64,000 nt of DNA, from positions 724,694 to 788,693 of the forward strand of contig NW_015173687.1 of the NCBI RefSeq assembly GCF_001447785.1, read 5' to 3'. A program made the position numbers and the translations under genes. The DNA is from Gekko japonicus (taxonomy: Eukaryota). The notes under the pieces were generated by a model, which saw nothing but the letters and a program-made list of their open reading frames with translations, was not told the DNA's origin and ran no database searches. This document shows positions 23,742 to 35,721 of the stretch, piece by piece. Within the stretch, counting starts at the first letter, position 1. Every line of letters begins with the position of its first letter.

Positions 23742-24151
23742 GTAATGTAGCATGTGTGTACAATTAATATTAGTTCAGGCACTTCCAAAGGGAACAGAGC
23801 ACTGAACTGATCTTGCCCCGAACTTTGTTCCAAAAATCAAGGCTTCAGGTTTCTCCTGTATGGCTTCCAGGTCATTGCTGGTGTTGTGTTACGGTGGTGA
23901 CTGACGCTTGTCTCTGGTACTGCTTGTGGAGGGGTCTTTTGGGGAGTGGGTTTGTGTATCAGGCTTATAGCTGAGGGATTCATATACTTTAGACTTTAGC
24001 AATCAAATGGGGTAGAGTTCTTTCAAACCCAAGTGTGGTTGTGGTGGGGGAAAGTGCAAGTGTTGAGCATTTCCATCAGGCTTGACATAAGCAATTGGGG
24101 GGGAAAGGCAGTTTTTAAGACTCACACCTCTTGTTTAACTACTTCCTACAG

Positions 24152-24239
24152 TTAACTGGAATAATCATTGGAGCAGCAGTAGCCTTGAGCATTATTGGAA
24201 TTGTCGTGTGTCTTGTTTACAGGAAGGTCAAACAGTCGA
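24152..24239 (+). CDS. PNPLA7: PNPLA7 coding exon 3 (transmembrane helix)
   Basis: LTGIIIGAAVALSIIGIVVCLVYRKVKQS. Confidence 0.92.
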
Positions 24240-25188
24240 GTAAGTGTGACCCTTATGCTTAATTGTTCCTGGGCAGTAGAGTTTGGGGGGGGGGGGCTGT
24301 GAAATCAACTTGGAGTATAATGTGGGTGGTGGCATGTGGATTTCAAGTGCTTACTTGTTAAGTTGATGTGGGGTAAAGGCCAGTTTCTCCTCCTCTGATG
24401 GAGAGTTTAATGCCCCCTGAAGCCATTTAACCATTTATTTTCTTTTCAGGATGTGTAGAAATAAGAGGAATGGGGGGAAATTTAGCTTCAGTGTAACTGA
24501 CCTTTCACAAACATCAGACTAGTTCTTTTTATCTTCCCAACTCTTTCCTTGCTAGGTTAACTGTACTGTCTTTGTCTGTCCTGAAAAAGTAGGATGTATA
24601 CCAAAGGAAAGGGAAAGCTGGGTTGGGGAGGTAAAGAGAAGGAACATTTGGATTCTGGAGGCTCTTGCTTTGTGACATTCCAATGTCTTTTGTCTGGAAA
24701 CACTCCAGAAAGGAGGGCCACACTGGAGGTTCAGCACCCCCGAGATAAAAGCTGGATGATGCTCACACGGCACCACCCTCTGCAGGAGCCAATCATGTTG
24801 CTATCTGTCATTGTCATTTTTCTCCTGCTTTTCCTCCAAGGAGCTCTGATTGAAGTATACAGTTCTCCCCTTCTTCCATTTTACCCTGTAAAACTAGGGG
24901 GTAAGAGAGTGACTTGCCCAAATGCACATGTGGCTGTACAGGGATTTGAACCCAGGTCTTTCTGGTACACATTGACCTTGAACCAGAAGCAGGCTTATAC
25001 CAAATCAAACATTTGATCCATCTGGATCAGTATTGTCTACTCTGACTGGCAGCTGCTCTCCATGGTCTCAGGTGGAGGTCCAGTTTTCTTTCTTTGCACC
25101 CATCTTATCAGCGAGGAGTGCCCATGTAGCAGGCAAGTGTAGAAGATTGTTTCTGCTTGTCCTTAAAAAACAGGCCTATCTCTTTCAG

Positions 25189-25271
25189 AGCAACCTCAGC
25201 CACAAGTGCCTCAGTATCGGTTTCGCAAGAGAGACAAAGTGATGTTCTACGGCCGCAAGATCATGCGGAAG
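25189..25271 (+). CDS. PNPLA7: PNPLA7 coding exon 4
   Basis: [24 protein letters not shown]-family signature. Confidence 0.95.
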
Positions 25272-25274
25272 GTA

Positions 25275-25669
25275 TGACGGCATGCGCAGAACGTCTGAAT
25301 AATAATGATATCAGGATGCTGTATCTGAGCTATATACAGTGGCTTTTATTTACAGTTATTTACACAGTCCATTCCACCATGCGGTATCCCAGGTTCATAG
25401 AACTGACCGACAAGGTGCTTCGCAATACACTCTTCCACTGGTGTGGAACACTTGCCTCTGGACTACATTACATATATACAGTACTTGCACCAATCAGAGT
25501 CATTTTGCCAACTCATGGTGACATAGTTAATTAGCTGATGCAACCTAGTGCAACTTGCATCTGGTGACCCTGTCACATGACAGTCTTACCTGTCACCTAG
25601 ATCAGTTTAATCTGACATGTGTGCATCATTGGCTGTCATCTTGCATACATATAATACAATATGCCAACA
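25275..25669 (-). mobile_element. Solo LTR (395 bp) inserted in the exon-4 donor site
   Basis: TG...CA ends with inverted termini TGACGGCAT / ATGCCAACA; 5-bp TSD AGGTA (25270-25274 and 25670-25674); CCAAT, TATATA (25473-25478) and AATAAA (25345-25350) in LTR order on the minus strand. Confidence 0.8.
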
Positions 25670-26893
25670 AGGTAAGCCTCTGTAATAAGGTGGAGGAGGT
25701 TGGTAGCAAATTCAGCCTGATAACAGTAATGCCAAGCAATCTCGTCGCATGCCAGAACCCTCCTCTTAGTATTTATGTACACAAGTTGACCTTGGTTTGA
25801 TCTGAGGGTTGCTTTGGGAACTGTACCTACCCCCTCCCCTTATCTCTCATAGAGATAAAATGCTGCAGGGTTAGCTTGTTTTCTGTTGGAAGTGATTGTG
25901 CTCAGTTCTCTACTTGCCTCTGCTGATGGCTTTGCAAACTGTCCGTGCCACATATTTGTATCAACACTTCTTCACAAGGCTCCTGAAGAAACGGATGCTC
26001 TACGTGATTGGTGTTTGGTGCTTGCAACTGAGCTGCAGATAACAGTGCAGGATTGCTCCACAGGGGGAGAGCGGGGCTTAGTTGCTAAACAACTGGCCAA
26101 ATTATCTGATTTATGCTCACACACTAGGAGAGAAGATGAGGAGATTGTGTGTGCGTGTCTTCATGCGCACACGCATGCACACATATATTCCCTTAGAATT
26201 TCACTGCCCATGAAGTGCAGACCGATGTAGAACAAACTGGGGCTTGGGCAGGACTGTGGCCTCCGTAGCCACCAGTGTTCCCTCTTCTTGAGCATGATGC
26301 TAGCCCTCCAGTGGTGAGGTGCTTCTGAACTCTACACCAGTGTTCCCTGAGTGATATTTTCTGAGCTAGGCAAACCATTGGATGCATTGCAAGCCTTGCT
26401 CCTGTAGGTGGCACTCCAGACACAGCTGTCACTAGCTGGACCCTGTGCCCTTGGTCTCCTAGAGCCACCTTCAGGCACCAGTTGCCTGACACACCAGTTA
26501 AATAGCATCTCTCATAGCACACAGGGCTAAAAGAAATGTACTTCAACAGTGGAAATTATTTTATGCTTTCTAAATAGATATAGGTGGAAAACTTGTTGGC
26601 TCTCGCTGTAATTGGAACACTAATCTGTTACAGACTAAAACATCTTGGTTGTTTATGACTCTGGAAACCAGTTCCTGAGTTAAATCAGTAGCACAATTTT
26701 AACCTCAATGTTCAAAGCACTTGGGCATGCCCCTTGTCTGGTCTTCACTGGTACAAACACAAACTGGAGTTAACCCCTTCTTTTGGAGCTGCTTGTTTAT
26801 TGGCCCAGCAGATCAAGAGCTGTGGTGCATTTCTCCTGTCCATTCTGCTACTGAGCCAGGTCTTGCACTTCAAGGAATCTTGCTTCCTTTTAG

Positions 26894-26982
26894 GTAACAA
26901 CTTTGCCAAATACCCTGGTTGGAAATGCTGTGCCTCGGCAGCGGATGCGGAAAAGGGCCAAAGTCTTGTCCTTGGCAAAGAG
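26894..26982 (+). CDS. PNPLA7: PNPLA7 coding exon 5
   Basis: [29 protein letters not shown](R). Confidence 0.94.
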
Positions 26983-28009
26983 GTAGGGGGGCACGCAGGG
27001 CAGGGAGTCTGTGCGGTTGTTTGGGTGATGTGAACCAGAAGGGGCTTCCATCCACTGTATGTCAGATGAGTTTCTTTTATGAGCTCAAGGAAATAGACAA
27101 AGGTGTTGCCTGGGTGTGTATACAGATTTGTTTTCATGGGAGTCAATGTGTGCCGGTGGACCAGGCACAATGTCGTGAACTGACCAGACCCAGTTCATAG
27201 GTCAACTAATTGTAAACTGATGAGGAGTGCCTTTGTGGAGTTGGGGAAGACCAGATCAGATCTAGGGTAGCACCGGATCTAGGCAGAATGCAAAGCAGGA
27301 TCAAATCCAGCAAGGCAGGGTCATCAGGAAGAACATAGCAGGATGGAAGGAAGAGATGAGATGGAGTAAGCAGTTTAGTTGGAATAAGCATGTGTGGTTT
27401 TTGTACTGGCTTGACAAGTGATCCGACTGTATTATTGATCTGACTGTATGGTTGCTGGTTGCATTCAGACTCTGCCGTAAACTGTGGTTTAATCAAACCC
27501 CATTTATCTGTGTTGTCTGAGTTCTGATGGGATTTCAGTCTTGGGTTTGTAGTGGGCTTGTGAACCATGGTTTGTGCTAATTATGGGGTAGTTATGACAT
27601 TTTAATTCACAAATCAGTCGCGCTGCCCCTTGTGGCCACAGAGATAGCACAGAAAGGGAGGGGTCTTCCCTGCTGAGGAGAAGAAGCAAGGGGGGGGGAA
27701 AGGTAATTTGGGGCTTGCATATTAAGCAGGCTAATCAATGTTTGTTGTTCAAACCGTGGCTCATCATAACATCTGCCTTCCTGTTGGCTGTACTGCTGTG
27801 CTGGCTTGCCAGGGACCTCTGTTTTCAGCTGCAGGATCTCTTGCTTTCTTAATACTGGTTGTATTTTATCATTGAGTTGTTGTTATTGCTTTCTTTTATC
27901 ATCAATTGCTTTGGGAACCATTGGCCGAGAATTGTGGTTAATCAGTCTTTTAATAAATCTTCTTGTCTGTAATGGGAGGGCAAAATTGTCCTACTTTCAT
28001 CTATTGCAG

Positions 28010-28150
28010 GATCCTGCGCTTCAAGAAAGAGTCCCCGACCCTCCAGCCCAAGGAACCGCCTCCCTCCCTGCTAGAAGCAGACCTAACAGAGTTTGATGTG
28101 AAGAATTCCCACCTGCCCTCCGAAGTCCTTTATATGCTTAAAAATGTCAG
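28010..28150 (+). CDS. PNPLA7: PNPLA7 coding exon 6
   Basis: [46 protein letters not shown](R). Confidence 0.95.
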
Positions 28151-29255
28151 GTAAGGGATAAAGGTAGCAATAGGGCCAGGACTCTGATGGGATTTAAAGG
28201 TGATTACTTTCCCTTTGCTTAAAGGTTTGCATAAAAATTGAGTCTGACATGATTTGTTTTGGAAAGAATAAGGATTGGCATGCCGGGCCCATCTAGCTGG
28301 CTTTTCCTGTTGGTAATCTGGGCAGACCAGGGCCTCTGGGAGGTTCATAGGCAGGCCAGGATGGCAATCTCATTCACCACTAATCCCTGCATCTGGTACT
28401 CAGAAGGATGCTGCCTCTGAGGATGGTTGCCTCTTGACTAATGCTGGCTGGTTGCAGTCCCTGATCTCTCTCCCATGTATGCATCTGGTCCCCTTTTTTA
28501 GAAGTAATTTGAAGGAGTGGCTGTGGCAGCATCCTGTGGCACTAAGGTCAGCAGGCTGATTCTGTGTTGTGTGAAGAATCGCTTCCTTTTGCTTTGAACT
28601 TCTTGCCTGCCTTTTTTCATGGGTGGCTGCAAGTGTTTAGAGATGTGTTCCCCCCCCCCCTGTATTTCTGTGAGTGACAAGGTGGTCAGAGGAGGAGAGC
28701 AGGGCTCCTCTCCCTTTAACAGTAGGAGGCATTGACAGGAACTTCTCCTATCCCCAACCAAGGCAAGCTGTGTCTCTTAGAATTCTGTTTTCTGCACAAG
28801 TATTAAAAGTTCTGATCCTCAGTTGCAACTGGACATCCCGGTTGGGACCACCTGCCAATCCAAAACTTGGCCTAAGGTTGACCGAGCATATTCGCTTCAC
28901 TCAGTAGCTATAAAACACATTTAAAACAAAAGCCACAGTTTAGCACTGCTCTGTTGAATGCTCCAGACTGGAATGTCTGAAGTTGCCTTTGCACCATTTC
29001 AGACCTATGAGCCTCCTGACCTAGTACTGTTTACTTTGACTGGCTGCAGCTATGTACACCCTGAGGCAGAGGTCTACTGTCTGCTCTCTTTACAGCTGGA
29101 GATCGAACCTGCGACTTCCCGCATGCAAAGTTTGTGGTCTTCTAAAGCTTTTCCCTTGGCCTATCTTCACACCAGCTAAGAAGATGCCTTGGTCAGCTGT
29201 AGGGCATTTCAAGCATGGTTCTTTCCCCTTGCCATCACCATGTCTTTTCCCACAG

Positions 29256-29415
29256 GGTCCTTGGGCACTTTGAGAAGCCTCTTTTCCTGGAGCTCTGCAA
29301 GCATATGGTCTTTGTGCAGCTGCACGAAGGGGAGTACATCTTCCGCCCTGGGCAGCTGGACAATAGCATCTACGTAGTACAGGACGGAAAACTGGAAGTC
29401 TGCATCCAGGAGAAT
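29256..29415 (+). CDS. PNPLA7: PNPLA7 coding exon 7 (cNMP-binding domain 1)
   Basis: [20 protein letters not shown]...[16 protein letters not shown]. Confidence 0.95.
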
Positions 29416-29794
29416 GTAAGGCAACAGCTAAGAGGAGTTAAATATCCAAGGCCCGTTTTGTATGTCTGATAGCATCGAGTGATAATACTTTGGTGGACTG
29501 TACTATTTGCGGTTGCGAGGGGTGGAGTATGTTGCATATTTGAATGCTTCCCTATGGAGGAAAAATCTTGCCTCTAGGAAAGCAGCATGTTGGGAAGAAA
29601 GCCAGGCTGAAGCCTTCTCCATGACTTCTTAGTTGTCTGCAGGGAGAAGAGTTCTTTTACCCCCTTCATTGGTGAAGCTTTCAAACATGCGTACCACTCC
29701 ATCCCCCGCCTTGAAATGGCACTGACCCAGGCAAAGCTTTTCTCATTTGGGTCTATTAAAAATATAAACTGGGATTGGGTTGTATAACAGTTTA

Positions 29795-30300
29795 TATTTA
29801 TTTATTTATCATTTAAATTTATAGACCGCCCTACCCTTGACTGCACATGGCTGAAGGTGGTCAACAACATAACAATAAAAACATCAATAGATAATAGAAC
29901 AATTTAAATAATACATAGATAAACAGTCTCAGATGGTGTTAAGACTTCGAATTCCAATTATGTCACTGCCCCATGGGAAGATGGAACGGAGGCAGGAAGA
30001 AGGGGGGGGAGGTGACAGTAAGATGGTACCCATTGCTGTCCTCAACCAAAAGCCTTGGTGGAACATCTCTGTCTTGCAAGCCCTGTGAAACTGCATGAGG
30101 TTATTTATTTATTTATTTATTTATTTGTTAAATTTATATCCCGCCCTCCCCCGTAGGGCTCAGGGCGGCTTACATGGCAAAAACTTGCACATAAAAACAT
30201 CAATACTGTAATACATTTTAAGACCATAATATACAATTTAAAAACCCAATCAGACAATAAAGTGCTCAGACTTCACAGCATCCATACTAAGACGTCAGAG
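29795..30300 (-). mobile_element. Tandem L2-type LINE 3' end fragments
   Basis: (ATTT)n tails followed by TATATCCCGCCCT...CTCAGGGCGGCTTACA, the same tail motif as the L2 at 48773. Confidence 0.6.
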
Positions 30301-31504
30301 AGGGCACCACATACCAAACATCCCTTGGTAGGCATGGTGTGAAAGATGTTGATCAGATATTCAGATGTTCCCCTAGTCTCCTAGGGCCCTCACCCCCCCC
30401 CCACATTGATGGTATACAGCAGGGGGGGGTTCTACAGGGGATGGATGTTGTTGGGCAGAGAGTTCCACCAGGTGGAAGCCAGGGCAGAAAAGGATTAGGG
30501 ATTGAGAAAAGACAGAAAGAAATTCCCCTAGGAGGAACAGAGAGTCCTCGATCAGAGCCAGGGCAGGAAAGGCCCTGGCAGGGGCCATGCTAATCTTGGA
30601 GCCAGTATTGAGAGACCATGGAAACCAATCTGATGAGTGGAAGGTACTCTCTTTACTCTCCAATTGTCGTGTAGTGACTATGGAAATGGTGGCTAAATTT
30701 CTGTACTTCGCTGCCAAGAGGAGAGCTGGTATTAATAAGTGCAAATGATGAATGCAATTTCCATGCCTGTTTATGATACTGTGGTATGCCTTTTATTTAT
30801 TTATTTATTTTATATCCCACCCTCTGCCAGGGCAGGCTCATGGCAGCTTTCATAAAATATATTGAACAACTGAAACAGAAAATTTGAGTAAAGTCACAAC
30901 AGTATAGCTATAAAACATAGCATAAGTGCTAGTGGAATTCATAGAGACGATGGCGGGCATTAGCAGCGTGTAACATAAGCATGCAGTCAGCTAACATTAT
31001 AGTCTGGGTTATGTCAGGCTGTTAATAATGATGTTAACATTGGTGTTAATGTTGTTGTTGAAAGGCCCTGGCTCTGGTCAAGGACAGATGGACTTCTTTG
31101 GAGCAGTCCCTCTGTTCCTCCCAGGGGAATTCCTCTCTGTCTTTTCTCAAATCCTAATCTCAGTTGTTAGGCTTGTTCATATTTGGGGATTGTGGTTCTG
31201 TAGTGGTGTCTGCAGATGATGAAGAGCGGGGCTGCTTAAGGCCTTGAGGGCGCCACTCAGTTGGGAAAGATGCATCTCTCTCTCTTTCTCTCTCCAGTTG
31301 CCTGGAAGTTCAGTGCCTGGGTCAGGAGGGGGATGATTGCAAGGGCAGCAAGGTCTCCTGGCCAGCTAATGACTGTTCCCCATTGTCTCCCTTCCACATC
31401 CTTTGTGTGTTTGAGTCTCATGCACAGATAAACTTCTTTTCTGCCTTCTTCAAGGCTCTCTTTCCTCTCCCTCATCTTCTGTACAATGTTTTTGATTCCC
31501 ATAG

Positions 31505-31585
31505 GATGGCACAGAAGTTGTGGTGAAAGAGGTTCTAGCAGGAGACAGCGTCCACAGCCTCCTCAGCATACTGGATGTCATCACC
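31505..31585 (+). CDS. PNPLA7: PNPLA7 coding exon 8
   Basis: [27 protein letters not shown]. Confidence 0.95.
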
Positions 31586-32169
31586 GTAAGTCCACTGTAG
31601 CCTGGACTTTGGGACTCAGGGTGCCGGATCAGTTGCTCTTTGTGTACAAGACATACAGTTCCAGCAGGGGAGCGTGAGCTGGCTCTATGAAGGAATGTAT
31701 TGACTGCTGTCTGAAAACCCTGTGTTGTGCTGTTTGTGGGGTTGCTTTTAAAAAGTGCCTGGAATGTGGCTGCTGGGGTGCTAATTGGAGCAGGCTGCTT
31801 GGAACGTATTGTACTGATTTCTGCCATCGTTGTGCTGGCTCCCAGATGCCTTTCAGTTCATGCTCAGAATTCTAAAGCCTGAAATGGTCCATGTCCAGGA
31901 CCATCCTCAGGAGCTTGTCGGGACATTCAGATCTTCCTCGAAGCCCTGCTCCACATGCCTTGGTTGTCTCAGCACCACTGGGTGGTGATAGTGACAGGGC
32001 CTTTTCAGCAGTGAGTTCCCTCATTCTTTCAGCGGAAATGATGCCCATGTAGTACAGCATTATGTGTGCTTCCAGGCTCAATACAAAGTGCTGTTTTTGA
32101 CTTTTAAAGTCCAGGGGGAGTCTACTCCCATTTCTTAATACTTGGCCAATAAGGACCCATTCTAAAAAC

Positions 32170-32505
32170 CAGGGCTCTTTTTGGGCAGGAACGCATAATA
32201 GGCCACACCCAACAGCAGAAACGCATTCGGATTGGCTACGTTAGGGGTGTGTGGCCTAACATGCAAAGGAGTTCCTGCTACAAAAAAAGCCCTGGGTTTT
32301 GACAACAAACAGGGTAAATAGAATAAGAAGCAAAAGTTGGGTGTGGCTGGATGACTATACTTCTGGTAACATGGGGGTGTGGCCTAATATGCGAATGAGC
32401 TGCGTTGTCAGGGGTGTGGCCTAATATGCTTATGAGTTTTGCTGTTGGGTGTGGTCTATTATGCTAATGAGTTCCTGCTGGACTTTTTCTACAAAAAGAG
32501 CCCTG
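32170..32505. mobile_element. hAT MITE
   Basis: Perfect 14-bp TIR CAGGGCTCTTTTTG / CAAAAAGAGCCCTG; perfect 8-bp TSD CTAAAAAC; internal GGGGTGTGGCCTAATATGC repeats. Confidence 0.9.
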
Positions 32506-33114
32506 CTAAAAACCATCACAGGTAGAAGACATGTTGGCATTTCCCGGAAGTAGGGCCTTTTGCATGGTGGCCCCAGTGATGTAGAACTCCTTTGCTTTTC
32601 AGACTTCCCTTCCTTTTTTGTTGTTGTTTTTATTTTAGGAGACCTGTGAAGCCCTGTTTGTTCTGCCAGATTTTGGGTGGTGGAATTTAAGCTATGTTGG
32701 AAGTTTCCACATGCTGCCATTTCTCAGTGATTTTAGTTGGTTGTATGTTTGTTTTGAGAGCTCTTTATACAAGCAGCATAAACAGTCAGTAGATGTCTTG
32801 CGTATGTTTGATTTGCATTAAGTATTAGTGAGCTTAGGATTGCCTGGCCAGGAAGGCTGCTTATAAGACAAGGCCAGGCTTGCTCAGTTTTCTTGCTAAA
32901 CTACTTGAGAGGTTTGTTTGTCACTTCTAGCCTTGCGAGCAAGTCTACAGACAAAATACCTAACCTGTGGTTTGTTTGATTTTTCTTTTGCTTGCATTTA
33001 TGTCCTGGAACAATGTGCTTGTGGCATGTCAACAATGTTAAAAAGGGGAAGATGAGAACCTCATATTTTTCAGCTTACAAAAGCTTTTTTGGCCAGAGGC
33101 GAACTGGCAAGTGA

Positions 33115-33340
33115 CTACTTACTTCATTTATACCCCACCTTTCTCCCCAGTGGGGACCCAAAGTGCCTTGTGTCATTCTTCTCTCCTCTGCTTTATCCTC
33201 ACAACAACCCTGTGAGGTGAGTTTGGCTGAGACCATGTGTGACTAGCCCAAGGTCACTCAGCAAACTTCCATGGCACAGTGGGAATCTAAACCTGGGTCT
33301 CCTTAGTCTGAGACTCTAGCTGCTACGCAACACAGTCTCT
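33115..33340 (-). mobile_element. tRNA-derived SINE (older, diverged copy)
   Basis: TTTATACCCCACCTTTCTCC...CTCACAACAACCCTGTGAGGT...CCCAAGGTCAC, a recurrent family in this window. Confidence 0.7.
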
Positions 33341-33346
33341 CACTTA

Positions 33347-33625
33347 CCAGTTTGGTGTCGTGGTTAAGAGTGGCGGACTCTAATCTGGAGAACCGGGTTT
33401 GATTCCTCACTCCTCCACGGGCAGCTGCTGGTGTGACCTTGGGTCAGTCAGCAGTTCTCTCAGAGCTGTTCTCTCAAGAGTAGTTCTCTCAGAGCTCTCT
33501 CAGCCCCACTTACCTCACAGGGTGTCTGTTGTGGGGAGAGGAAGGGAAGGAAATCATAAGCTGCTCTGAGACTCCGAGTGAAGGGCGGCGGTATAAATCC
33601 AATTCTTTGTCTTTGTCTTCTTCTA
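33347..33625 (+). mobile_element. tRNA-derived SINE (Squam3-like)
   Basis: Box A TGGTGTCGTGGTTAAG, box B GGTTTGATTCC, CT-rich middle repeats, (TTC)-type tail. Confidence 0.8.
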
Positions 33626-34291
33626 TTACTTGAATAGTTGGTTGGTCTGGTGTGTTCAGCTCCTGCACCTTATCTTGGCACCAGCCGGTCCCTCCCACTC
33701 TGTCTGTGCATGAATCTAATTGTGATCACCTTTTGTCTGTGGAGCCACTGGGAGAGTTAATGTTAAGCATTCAAGCTTCAGCCTTTGGGCCAGCTTATTG
33801 CCTGGGCAATTACTTTTTCTAATCTCCTGTAATTAAAAACCAGGCAGCCAATTGGGAGCATAGTAATTATCACTGCAAGAAACCAGATGATGGCTTTCTT
33901 TCTTTTTTCTTGTGGCCATAGAAGATTTTGTGTTTTGGAGAAAGCTTGTTCGGGGGTCAAATGCCGGGAGGAAAGGTGGTGATGGGGCAGAGGAGGCACA
34001 ACCCCGATGATGGAGGGGTGGGCTGGAACCACAAATCTGCTTGAATGAAGGTAGTTTGAGAGTATTCAAGAACACACAGGAAACCTGCAAGAGAATTACC
34101 CCCGAGGCTTGCTTCTCGGACAGCCCTGTCCAGTGAAAGCAGAAGTCGGTCCTAATTTGGTGGGTGAACTGTCTCAGAAGTTATAATTAAATCCTTCCTG
34201 CAAGCTTAGCCATTAGCCCAGTCATTTTGGGCAATGTTGTCTGGGGGACCAGGCAGAGTAGTAAATTGACAGGGAGTTGATTCAGGCCATC

Positions 34292-34540
34292 AGAAGAGGA
34301 AGGAGGGTTGGTTTTTATACCCTGCTTTTCTCTACCCTGAGGAGTCTCAAAGCAGCTTACAATCGCCTTCTCTTCCTCTCCCCACAACAGGCACCTTGTG
34401 AGGTAGGTGGGGCTGGGAGAGCTCTGAGAGAACTGTGACTGGCCCAAGGTCACCCCACAGGCTTCATTTTGAGAAGCGGGAAATCAAACCTGGTTCTCTA
34501 GATCAGAGTCCGCCGCTCTTAACTGCTACACCACACGTTG
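34292..34540 (-). mobile_element. tRNA-derived SINE (Squam3-like)
   Basis: Reverse complement of the 33347 family. Confidence 0.8.
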
Positions 34541-35157
34541 CTCTCAGATGTCTCAAATAATTCATCCACACATTCAAAGGGGCACCTGACTGAACATTCA
34601 GAGATATATATTTCTTGATCTGCTGGCGTGTTCCTTGCAGCTGTAGGATAGCTCAGTGAATATCTCCTTCCATGGTCCCGACCCTTTCCTCTGGCCAGTC
34701 AGCCAGGGCTCAGGGATGGGAGGAGGTTTTCTGGCCTGTGGAGATGCTCCTGAGAGCCCCCTGCCCCTGTCGGTTTTACCAAGGACTGCCTGAGAGAATT
34801 CTGGCATGTTCTTTCTTCCTCAGGATGATGTCACTGCTCAGTATTGCCAAAGAGGGGTGGATCAATGGGCCAAAGAGCGGAGGAGGTACCCAACATGGCG
34901 GCTTAATTATTCAAGCCATGTCGCATCCCCTCTTGCATCGTGCGATGGGAGAATCACTACTGTCACGATACTGTGTTCGTTGATGCTACTGTACAGTCTC
35001 ATGGTGCAGCCTCTTGGCCCCTTTCTTCCTTAACTGCCAGAGGTGTCCCTTAGAATGGTGTTGCTTTCCTGGCATGTAAATGCTGCTTTTGGGTAAAGCC
35101 ACATCTCTCTGCTTGGCAGCACCAGGAGGAGAGAATGAGGGAACTGCTAGGGGAAAT

Positions 35158-35521
35158 CAGAATCACAGAGTTGGAAGGGGTCATATAGGCCATCTAGTCC
35201 AACCCCCTGCTCCTTGCAGGATCAGCCTAGAGTGCCCTTGACAAGTGTTTGTCCAGCCGCTGCTTAAAGACTGCCAGCGAGGGGGAGCTCACCGCCTCCC
35301 TAGGCAGCTGGTTCCACTGTTGCACACCTCTGACGGTAAAAACGTTTTTCCTTATATCCAGCCAGTACCTTCCCGTCCTTCATTTAAACCCATCATTTCG
35401 TGTCCTATCCTCTGCTGCCAACAGGAACAGCTCCCTGCCCTCCTCTAAGTGACAGCCCTCCAAATACTTAGAGAGAGCAATCATGCCCCCCCCCTCCTCT
35501 TCTCCAGACTGAACATTCCCA
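35158..35521 (-). mobile_element. CR1 LINE 3' fragment
   Basis: MIALSKYLEGCHLEEGRELFLLAAEDRTRNDGFK; tail AGAATCACAGAGTTGGAAGGG. Confidence 0.85.
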
Positions 35522-35592
35522 AGGAAAAGACGCATGGACCCCTGCAAGTGATGGGGGAGACCTGAGTGTGTTTTCTCTGTTCTCTTTTGCAG

Positions 35593-35721
35593 GGTCACCC
35601 TGCCCCATACAAGACAGTTTCCGCTCGAGCAGCGATGCCTTCCACGATCCTGCGGCTTCCAGCTAATGCATTTCACGACGTCTTCCAGAAATATCCCGAG
35701 ACCCTTGTGAGGGTTGTACAG
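35593..35721 (+). CDS. PNPLA7: PNPLA7 coding exon 9
   Basis: [23 protein letters not shown]...[11 protein letters not shown]. Confidence 0.95.

Noticed and set aside
23871-23975. Alternative PNPLA7 exon after ggcttccag
   Set aside because: In-frame stop after 9 codons and no clear donor; the exon at 23667-23741 fits the expected segment
32340-32470. CRISPR-like spaced repeats (GGGGTGTGGCCTAATATGC)
   Set aside because: Eukaryotic context with no cas genes; these are subterminal repeats of a hAT MITE
33347-33420. tRNA gene
   Set aside because: Box A and B are present but continue into a SINE body and tail found many times in the window
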